DNA from: Paraphysomonas bandaiensis
Lineage: Eukaryota; Protista; Chrysophyceae
Assembly: GCA_965644295.1 (NCBI GenBank)
Contig: CBFFRP010000532.1
Location: 1 to 64,000 of the forward strand
Direction of reading: 5' to 3'
DNA: 64,000 nt
The position numbers were made by a program, and so were the translations under genes. Positions 54,297 through 64,000 of the stretch are shown piece after piece (the first letter of the stretch is position 1; each line of letters starts with the position of its first letter). Under the pieces are notes generated by a model, which was not told the DNA's origin, did no database searches, and saw only the letters and a program-made list of their open reading frames with translations.

Positions 54297-55568
54297 TTAT
54301 GGTCCTTTGTGGCCAACTGGGCGAAACAAACCTATACTGTGACTGATATCCGGCGAGAGGGGTCTCGTTTTGTCCTGACAACCACTCAACTTCACATTCG
54401 ACAGATTATGGCGCTCTTGTGTATCTATAACAAATGACTGCCTCTTTTTAGCCAGTGCAACAGCAAAAGTCCACAGCTCCATATCGAAACTGTTTATTTT
54501 CTTAAGTAACTCGATAACAGCGTCCTTCATATAAGTATAAGTGAGCATACACAGGAAGTTGACAATATCTACCTTATCAGCAGCTAGCGTCGACTCCATT
54601 TCAACCGACTCAGAGTTGCCCCTGTTTATTTTCTTTTTCAAAACACCCAATCGGGCATTGTTTCTCCTGACAATACTGCTGTCGTCCACTCCCGAACCGA
54701 AAAAATGATCAAGAAAATTAAAACTTTCAACGCTACCAATGAAGTCTGTAATGAATACAATGTCAAATTCAGTTAATCTTTGCTTTGCTAGTGCTAAATC
54801 AGCTCTGCTTAGAGAACCGCCTTGCCAACCAATCAAGCTTTTAGTGTAGTAATTCTCGACTTCAACGTATACGGTGCCCCGATTTTTATTAACAAAGTTA
54901 GATTTCCATCGACTACCATCGCGCCAACCATCAACCCAATCAGAGAGTGAACGACAGCGAGTCATGTCATGCTTTATATTTTTCCACCACTCAACATGCT
55001 CGTACCAGTAAAGCGATAAAATTCGGTCGATTGGATGCCGCAACGTAGTCACCGTGAGCAACCCCTCGGTGGACAGAAGGTGTTGATTCAGCGTTATTCC
55101 CTCTGTTTCATAGTACTGAACATGGTAAGCTCTACACACAGCAGATAACCATTCTCGTATCGTAGTGCCTGCAGCTTTACGGGAGTGATAAAAAAAAGCT
55201 GCTCCTACACCACCACGAAAACAAAATAACTTGGACTGAATTTTCTTGTACCAATTTTCGAGTTCAATTTGATTTGGTACATTTGAATCTTCTACGGGCT
55301 GTGTATGTGGTATGATGTTACTTGTACTGATACTGTTGCTGTTACTCACAGAGGAGCTGCGGTTCGAAGTGCAATTAATACTCTTTGTGTCTCTGGAAGA
55401 TTCCATTCTCTGTAGGTATTCAGCAGCTGAGTTCTCAACAGCTGACAACTTTAGCTCATCAGATGCAAGCATATCTTCTGCGGTAAATCTTGTGATGACA
55501 CACACCTCATAGCAAAATACGAGCAGGAATATTACTCCAAACAACGGCATGCAAGTTCTGGTCGTCAT
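54297..55568 (-). CDS. Type II membrane (Golgi-type) sulfotransferase
   Basis: N-terminal TM segment; 5'-PSB FFYHSRKAAGTTIR; 3'-PB VTTLRHPIDRILSLYWY. Possible short in-frame intron near 54526-54572. Confidence 0.85.
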   Translation of the reverse strand: MTTRTCMPLFGVIFLLVFCYEVCVITRFTAEDMLASDELKLSAVENSAAEYLQRMESSRDTKSINCTSNRSSSVSNSNSISTSNIIPHTQPVEDSNVPNQIELENWYKKIQSKLFCFRGGVGAAFFYHSRKAAGTTIREWLSAVCRAYHVQYYETEGITLNQHLLSTEGLLTVTTLRHPIDRILSLYWYEHVEWWKNIKHDMTRCRSLSDWVDGWRDGSRWKSNFVNKNRGTVYVEVENYYTKSLIGWQGGSLSRADLALAKQRLTEFDIVFITDFIGSVESFNFLDHFFGSGVDDSSIVRRNNARLGVLKKKINRGNSESVEMESTLAADKVDIVNFLCMLTYTYMKDAVIELLKKINSFDMELWTFAVALAKKRQSFVIDTQERHNLSNVKLSGCQDKTRPLSPDISHSIGLFRPVGHKGP

Positions 55569-56272
55569 CTATTTTCCTCAAGCGCGGTTCGTATCAAGCA
55601 CTTGAAGTGATATATTCGATGAGCTTGATGCTGGCAATCAGTGTACCATATAGCGCAGAATCTTTCATGGACCTGCTTGGTGAAAAGGGAGGCCTGTGGA
55701 TAACACTGCAAAACAGACGGGTGGGAATCCCGTTACGGGCAGGGAATACCTCTTGAATACTGTAGGAATACACCTCCAGGGGATCATGAAGAATGAACGG
55801 ACAGTGTGATGTATTGTGCAGTATACAGTATTCCTACCGTCAACGTAATTTTTTGATATATTTGAACTGACCAATTACACAAGCGAAATATGTTATATGT
55901 AGCGTTTATTCGTTAAATTTTGCCGTTATGTTGGGCTTAGCATAAAATTCACATCTCACTTTTTTTTTGTAATATTCCAGATGCCACAAGGTAAAAAATA
56001 CCCCCCATCTGGTACATAATTAGCGACCTTACAAATTTTCGTTAAAAGGGCCTCTAATGCGTTCCATTGACTGTCAAATCCAAGATAAATATTTCGGTTC
56101 AGGTCACAGATTCTAGTCAATTAATGACACTATATAGAAAATGAAAAATTTCAATGAATTACTGCTGTAGTAGTCATAGAATTGTTGTCGCCGTTTATCT
56201 GGTTGTTAGGCTGTGTTTGAATAACTCTTTGTAACGCCACTACTACAGTATTGTCGACACACACCGTTGGAT

Positions 56273-59200
56273 ATGCTACGACCAGTATTTCTCATTGTTT
56301 TTATAGCTTTTCAACATGCAGTAGCACTATGCCCACCAGACTACCAATTATTTAGAGACCGTAATTGCTATTCGTTTTCCCGTTATAGCAGTGATTTTGA
56401 CAGTGCTTGCTCTGAGTGCAGAAGGAAAGGAGGAAGTATATCCTCGATACAAAGGTTAGAAGATAGGGAAAGCATTGCAGCTGTGGCAGACTATTTTTCT
56501 ATTCGTTTCCCAATTCTTGTAAATAGTTCTTTTTTTTGGGACGGCGATATCAGCAGTTCAACTATCCGTACTATGCAAAATACAGGGCACCGTTGTAGCG
56601 CTCTCCAGAAGAACGGTAGCATGATACATATTGACTGTTCTACGCGACTATCTTATATATGTGTATGGCCTGCTGCAAATGTAAACGAAGGTAAAAACAC
56701 GAGGCGAGTAAGTGTTTTTGAACAAGGTAAGAATGTCAACCAAACTGTATCCTATTCTTCTAATTACATTAAACAGCAGAGGAAACAGAAAGTCCCACTG
56801 GACAACCAACAGGACAGCCGACAGGACAACCAACAGGACAGCCAACTGGTCAGCCCACTGGACAACCTACTGGTCAGCCTTCCACTTCTCCTACAGGTCA
56901 ACCTACAGGCCAGCCTACCAGTATTCCCACTCAGCCAACAGGTCAACCAACAGGGCAGCCTACTGGCCAGCCCACTGGACAACCAACAGGACAGCCGACA
57001 GGACAACCAACTGGTCAGCCTACTGGACAACCAACTGGTCAGCCTACTGGGCAACCTACAAGCCAGCCTACCAGTATTCCCACTCAGCCAACAGGTCAAC
57101 CAACAAGTCAGCCTACTGGCCAGCCGACTGGTCAGCCCACTGGACAACCTACTGGACAACCAACAGGACAGCCGACAGGACACCCAACAGGTCAGCCGAC
57201 TGGGCAGCCCACTAGTGTTCCCACTCAACCAACAGGTCAACCAACAGGTCAGCCTACTGGTCAGCCCACTGGACAACCTACTGGACAACCAACAGGACAG
57301 CCGACAGGACAACCAACTGGTCAGCCTACTGGCCAGCCCACTGGACAACCTACTGGTCAGCCTACTGGACAACCAACAGGTCAGCCTACTGGCCAGCCCA
57401 CTGGACAACCTACTGGTCAGCCTTCCACTTCTCCTACAGGTCAACCTACTGGGCAACCTACAAGCCAGCCTACCAGTATTCCCACTCAGCCAACAGGTCA
57501 ACCAACTAGTCAGCCTACTGGCCAGCCGACTGGCCAGCCCACTGGACAACCTACTGGCCAACCAACAGGCCAGCCGACAGGTCAACCAACAGGTCAGCCA
57601 ACTAGTCAGCCCACTGGCCAGCCCACTGGACAACCTACTGGCCAACCAACAGGCCTGCCGACTGGGCAGCCCACTAGTGTTCCCACTCAACCAACAGGTC
57701 AGCCCACTGCTCAGCCTACTGGACAACCTACTGGTCAGCCTTCCACTTCTCCTACAGGTCAACCTACTGGTCAACCTACAGGCCAGCCTTCTGGAATTCC
57801 ATCTGGTCAACCCACTGGTCAGCCCACTGGACAACCTACTGGACAACCAACAGGCCAGCCGACAGGACAACCAACTGGTCAGCCTACTGGACTACCTACT
57901 GGACAACCAACAGGCCAGCCGACAGGACAACCAACTGGTCAACCTACTGGTCAACCTACAAGCCAGCCTACCAGTATTCCCACTCAGCCAACAGGTCAAC
58001 CAACAAGTCAGCCTACTGGCCAGCCGACTGGCCAGCCCACTGGACAACCTACTGGACAACCAACAGGACAGCCGACAGGACACCCAACTGGTCAGCCAAC
58101 TAGTCAGCCCACTGGCCAGCCCACTGGACAACCTACTGGCCAACCAACAGGCCAGCCGACTGGGCAGCCCACTAGTGTTCCCACTCAACCAACAGGTCAG
58201 CCCACTGCTCAGCCTACTGGACAACCTACTGGTCAGCCTTCCACTTCTCCTACAGGTCAACCTACTGGTCAACCTACAGGCCAGCCTTCTGGAATTCCAT
58301 CTGGTCAGCCGACTGGTCAGCCCACTGGACAACCTACTGGACAACCAACAGGACAGCCGACAGGACAACCAACTGGTCAGCCTACTGGACAACCTACTGG
58401 ACAACCAACAGGCCAGCCCACTGGACAACCTACTGGACAACCAACAGGTCAACCTACAAGCCAGCCTACCAGTATTCCCACTCAGCCAACAGGTCAACCA
58501 ACAAGTCAGCCTACTGGCCAGCCGACTGGTCAGCCCACTGGACAACCTACTGGACAACCAACAGGCCAGCCGACAGGTCAACCAACAGGTCAGCCAACTA
58601 GTCAGCCCACTGGCCAGCCCACTGGACAACCTACTGGCCAACCAACAGGCCAGCCGACTGGGCAGCCCACTAGTGTTCCCACTCAACCAACAGGTCAGCC
58701 CACTGCTCAGCCTACTGGACAACCTACTGGTCAGCCTTCCACTTCTCCTACAGGTCAACCTACTGGGCAACCTACAGGCCAGCCTACCAGTATTCCCACT
58801 CAGCCAACAGGTCAACCAACAGGTCAGCCTACTGGGCAACCTACTGGACAACCAACAGGACAGCCGACAGGACAACCAACTGGTCAGCCAACTAGTCAGC
58901 CCACTGGCCAGCCCACTGGACAACCTACTGGACAACCAACAGGTCAGCCGACTGGGCAGCCCACTAGTGTTCCCACTCAACCAACAGGTCAGCCCACTGC
59001 TCAGCCTACTGGACAACCTACTGCTCAGCCTTCCACTTCTCCTACAGGTCAACCTACTGGTCAACCTACAGGCCAGCCTTCTGGAATTCCATCTGGTCAG
59101 CCGACTGGTCAGCCCACTGGACAACCTACTGGACAACCAACAGGCCAGCCGACAGGACAACCAACTGGTCACCCTACTGGCCAGCCCACTGGACAACCTA

Positions 59201-62200
59201 CTGGTCAGCCTTCCACTTCTCCTACAGGTCAACCTACTGGGCAACCTACAAGCCAGCCTACCAGTATTCCCACGCAGCCAACAGGTCAACCAACTAGTCG
59301 GCCTACTGGCCAGCCGACTGGTCAGCCCACTGGACAACCTACTGGCCAACCAACAGGCCAGCCGACAGGACACCCAACTGGTCAGCCAACTAGTCAGCCT
59401 ACTGGCCAGCCCACTGGACAACCTACTGGACAACCAACAGGCCAGCCGACTGGGCAGCCCACTAGTGTTCCCACTCAACCAACAGGTCAGCCCACTGCTC
59501 AGCCTACTGGACAACCTACTGCTCAGCCTTCCACTTCTCCTACAGGTCAACCTACTGGTCAACCTACAGGCCAGCCTTCTGGAATTCCATCTGGTCAGCC
59601 GACTGGTCAGCCCACTGGACAACCTACTGGACAACCAACAGGCCAGCCGACAGGACAACCAACTGGTCAGCCTACTGGCCAGCCCACTGGACAACCTACT
59701 GGTCAGCCTTCCACTTCTCCTACAGGTCAACCTACTGGGCAACCTACAAGCCAGCCTACCAGTATTCCCACTCAGCCAACAGGTCAACCAACTAGTCGGC
59801 CTACTGGCCAGCCGACTGGTCAGCCCACTGGACAACCTACTGGACAACCAACAGGCCAGCCGACAGGACACCCAACTGGTCAGCCAACTAGTCAGCCTAC
59901 TGGCCAGCCCACTGGACAACCTACTGGACAACCAACAGGCCAGCCCACTGGGCAGCCCACTAGTGTTCCCACTCAACCAACAGGTCAGCCCACTGCTCAG
60001 CCTACTGGACAACCTACTGGTCAGCCTTCCACTTCTCCTACAGGTCAACCTACTGGTCAACCTACAGGCCAGCCTTCTGGAATTCCATCTGGTCAACCCA
60101 CTGGTCAGCCCACTGGACAACCTACTGGACAACCAACAGGCCAGCCGACAGGACAACCAACTGGTCAGCCTACTGGCCAGCCCACTGGACAACCCACTGG
60201 TCAGCCTTCCACTTCTCCTACAGGTCAGCCTACTGGGCAACCTACAAGCCAGCCTACCAGTATTCCCACTCAGCCAACAGGTCAACCAACAAGTCAGCCT
60301 ACTGGCCAGCCGACTGGTCAGCCTACTAGTCAGCCCACTGGCCAGCCCACTGGACAACCTACTGGCCAGCCAACAGGTCAGCCGACTGGGCAGCCCACTA
60401 GTGTTCCCACTCAACCAACAGGTCAGCCCACTGCTCAGCCTACTGGACAACCTACTGCTCAGCCTTCCACTTCTCCTACAGGTCAACCTACTGGTCAACC
60501 TACAGGCCAGCCTTCTGGAATTCCATCTGGTCAGCCGACTGGTCAGCCCACTGGACAACCTACTGGACAACCAACAGGCCAGCCGACAGGACAACCAACT
60601 GGTCACCCTACTGGCCAGCCCACTGGACAACCTACTGGTCAGCCTTCCACTTCTCCTACAGGTCAACCTACTGGGCAACCTACAGGCCAGCCTACCAGTA
60701 TTCCCACTCAGCCAACAGGTCAACCAACAAGTCAGCCTACTGGCCAGCCGACTGGTCAGCCCACTGGACAACCTACTGGACAACCAACAGGACAGCCGAC
60801 AGGACACCCAACTGGTCAGCCATCTAGTCAGCCTACTGGTCAGCCCACTGGACAACCAACAGGTCAGCCTACTAGCCAGCCCACTGGACAACCTACTGGA
60901 CAACCAACAGGACAGCCCACTGGGCAGCCCACTAGTGTTCCCACTCAACCAACAGGTCAGCCCACTGCTCAGCCTACTGGACAACCTACTGGTCAGCCTT
61001 CCACTTCTCCTACAGGTCAACCTACTGGTCAACCTACAGGCCAGCCTACCAGTATTCCCACTCAGCCAACAGGTCAACCAACAGGTCAGCCTACTGGCCA
61101 GCCGACTGGTCAGCCCACTGGACAACCTACTGGACAACCAACAGGACAGCCGACAGGACACCCAACAGGTCAGCCTACTGGACAACCAACTGGTAGGCCT
61201 ACTGGCCAGCCCACTGGACAACCTACTGGTCAGCCTTCCACTTCTCCTACAGGTCAACCTACTGGTCAACCTACAAGCCAGCCTACCAGTATTCCCACTC
61301 AGCCAACAGGTCAACCAACTAGTCGGCCTACTGGCCAGCCGACTGGTCAGCCCACTGGACAACCTACTGGACAACCAACAGGACAGCCGACAGGACAACC
61401 CACTGGTCAGCCAACTAGTCAGCCCACTGGCCAGCCCACTGGACAACCTACTGGCCAGCCAACAGGACAGCCGACAGGACAACCAACTGGTCAGCCTACT
61501 GGACAACCAACAGGTCAGCCTACTAGCCAGCCCACTGGACAACCTACTGGACAACCAACAGGCCAGCCGACTGGGCAGCCCACTAGTGTTCCCACTCAAC
61601 CAACAGGTCAGCCCACTGCTCAACCTACAGGCCAGCCTTCTGGAATTCCATCTGGTCAGCCATCTGGTCAGCCCACTGGTCTACCTTCAGGGTTTCCTAC
61701 ATCTCTTCCTTCTGGTGAGCCCACAACTGAGCCGACAGGTGAACCCACATGTCGCCCGAGTGGAGAACCATCAGGAGAGCCAAGTGGCCAGCCTACATGT
61801 GTACCAAGCGGTGAGCCTAGTGGTCAGCCTTCTGGTCAACCAACGGGTCTGCCTACTTGCGTACCTAGCGGTCAGCCTAGTGGTCAACCCAGTGGCCAGC
61901 CGACTGGATTGCCGAGTGGACAGCCCACATGTCGACCCACTGGAGAGCCTACATCTGAACCTACATCTCAACCAACTGGTCAACCGACGGGGTTTCCAAC
62001 TGGACAGCCAACTGGTCAGCCATCAGGGTTTCCTTCATCTTTACCATCTGGTGAGCCCACCACTGAGCCGACAGGTGAACCCACATGTCGCCCGAGTGGA
62101 GAACCATCAGGAGAGCCAAGTGGCCAGCCTACATGTGTACCAAGCGGTGAGCCTAGTGGTCAGCCTTCTGGTCAACCAACGGGTCTGCCTACTTGCGTAC

Positions 62201-64000
62201 CTAGCGGTCAGCCTAGTGGTCAACCCAGTGGCCAGCCCAGTGGCCAGCCGACTGGACTGCCGAGTGGACAGCCCACATGTCGACCCACTGGAGAGCCTAC
62301 ATCTGAACCTAGTAGTGTTCCTTCTGGTCAACCAACGGGTCTTCCTACTTGCATACCTAGTGGTCAACCTAGTGGTCAACCTAGTGGTCAACCCAGTGGC
62401 CAGCCGACTGGACTGCCGAGTGGACAGCCCACATGTCGACCCACTGGAGAGCCTACATCTGAACCTACATCTCAACCAACAGGTCAGCCGACGGGGTTTC
62501 CAACTGGACAGCCAACTGGTCTGCCATCAGGGTTTCCTACATCTTTACCATCTGGTGAGCCCACCACTGAGCCGACAGGTGAACCCACAGGTCGCCCGAG
62601 TGGAGAACCATCAGGAGAGCCAAGTGGCCAGCCTACATGTGTACCAAGCGGTGAGCCTAGTGGTCAGCCTAGTGGACTACCTAGCAGTAGACCCAGTAGT
62701 GTTCCTTCTGGTCAACCAACGGGTCTGCCTACTTGCGTACCTAGTGGTCAGCCTAGTGGTCAACCCAGTGGCCAGCCGACTGGATTGCCGAGTGGACAGC
62801 CCACATGTCGACCCACTGGAGAGCCTACATCTGAACCTACATCTCAACCAACTGGTCAACCGACGGGGTTTCCAACTGGACAGCCAACTGGTCAGCCATC
62901 AGGGTTTCCTTCATCTTTACCATCTGGTGAGCCCACAACTGAGCCGACAGGTGAACCCACAGGTCGTCCGAGTGGAGAGCCATCAGGAGAGCCAAGTGGC
63001 CAGCCTACATGTGTACCAAGCGGTGAGCCTAGTGGTCAGCCTAGTGGACTACCTAGCAGTAGACCCAGTGGTGAGCCAACGTGTGTGCCTTCAACTATAC
63101 CAACGGGGCAACCAACATCATATCCAAGTGGTGAACCTACAAGTCAACCCTCCGGACAGCCTACTGGTGAACCATCGTCTCATCCAACTTATGAGTATCC
63201 ACTTTCTCTTGAGCTTTTCGGAGGAGGAAGTAACTCGGTGCCTGTGGTATGGTCTCCTGATAGTCTCGGTTGGTCCAATTCATCCTATCCTCTGTACTTG
63301 ACAGTGGACGTAATTCCCACGAATTACAATTCCAAGGCCACACAGTGGGCAACTATCAAGGTTAATGGAGATGTAGTTATGCAGTATTGTACACCTGTTA
63401 TGGAATGTGAAACGACGTATTTCAATTGTTTTTATGATATGGATATCTCTGACTACATATCTGAGCCATTGGGAGGGAGTTTAACTATTGAGGTATCGAG
63501 CACCGGTGTAGGTAGTGGTCCATGTGACTACATGGGTTATCCATTGTACACTCACTTGCAGCTGCGAGGAGCATTGCCCACAAGTCAACCTACGAGTGAG
63601 CCATCTGGTGAGCCTAGTGGACAGCCTACTGGGCATCCGACAGGCGCACCAACGGGTCAACCGACTGGTGAACCCACAAGTATACCTTCCTGTATGCCAT
63701 CTGGGGAGCCGACATCGTGTCCGTCGGGGCAGCCATCGGGTCAGCCTACATCTGAGCCTAGCAGTGGTCCAAGTAGCTGTCCAACGGGTATACCATCCGC
63801 ATTACCATCTAGCAGTCCAAGTGGTAACCCAACAGCACAGCCAAGTAGTCAGCCAAGTAGTCAGCCCAGTGGTGAACCCTCTTCACAGCCAACTAGTTAT
63901 CCAACCAGTGAGCCTAGTTCCGATCCGACAAGTTATCCTAGTGGACATCCAACAGGTCAACCGACAGGTCAACCAACAGGCCAACCTACAGGCCAACCTA
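56273..64000 (+). CDS. Giant secreted mucin-like protein: signal peptide + C-type lectin domain + (PTGQ/PSGE)n; runs off the window
   Basis: Exon 1 56273-56726 (CPPDYQLFRDRNCYSF...ACSEC...CSAL...DCSTRLSYIC). Intron 56727-56776 (GTAAG...AACAG) shifts into frame AEETESPTGQPTGQ..., which stays open to 64000. Confidence 0.9.
56794..63190 (+). repeat. Coding 12-bp minisatellite (CCN-ACN-GGN-CAR) with higher-order repeats
   Basis: Third-position degeneracy fits the PTGQ frame. Marker CTGGAATTCCATCTGG recurs at 57791, 58289, 59081, 59579, 60077, 60515 and 61640. Confidence 0.97.

Noticed and set aside
56267-63301. 2344-aa LDNQQVS-rich ORF and antisense SRL/CWL ORFs (56764-62859)
   Set aside because: Shadow frames of the 12-bp repeat. 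Wobble-position variation and a GT-AG intron show PTGQ is the coding frame; only the first ~150 codons are real.

Overview
Intron-rich eukaryotic nuclear DNA with short GT-AG introns. The gene set and the giant P-[ST]-x-[QE] repeat protein suggest a stramenopile/ochrophyte protist (inference). About 15 supported spliced genes: a ZIP metal transporter, a spastin/katanin-type AAA ATPase, a RING+LON-N protein, a myristoylated C2H2 protein, an EF-hand-like protein, two sulfotransferases, an SGNH/PC-esterase, mitochondrial HSP60, a large acidic disordered protein, a GT-A (KOBITO1-like) glycosyltransferase, a bacterial-type tandem AAA+ ATPase, mitochondrial bL35, PEX6, and a >7.7 kb C-type-lectin + PTGQ mucin-like gene whose real frame is missing from the ORF track. 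Intergenic islands contain hAT, Harbinger and Ty3/gypsy relics and two long (TACA)n arrays. The most notable system is a non-autonomous retroelement family with six copies or fragments. Three are end-to-end copies with 12-bp (one 12-15 bp) target-site duplications and a shared non-poly(A) 3' end. Their first ~86 nt fold into an HDV-like nested double-pseudoknot ribozyme resembling the trypanosomatid ingi/L1Tc Pr77 signature. The family occurs as a 0.5 kb / 1.2 kb internal-deletion series.
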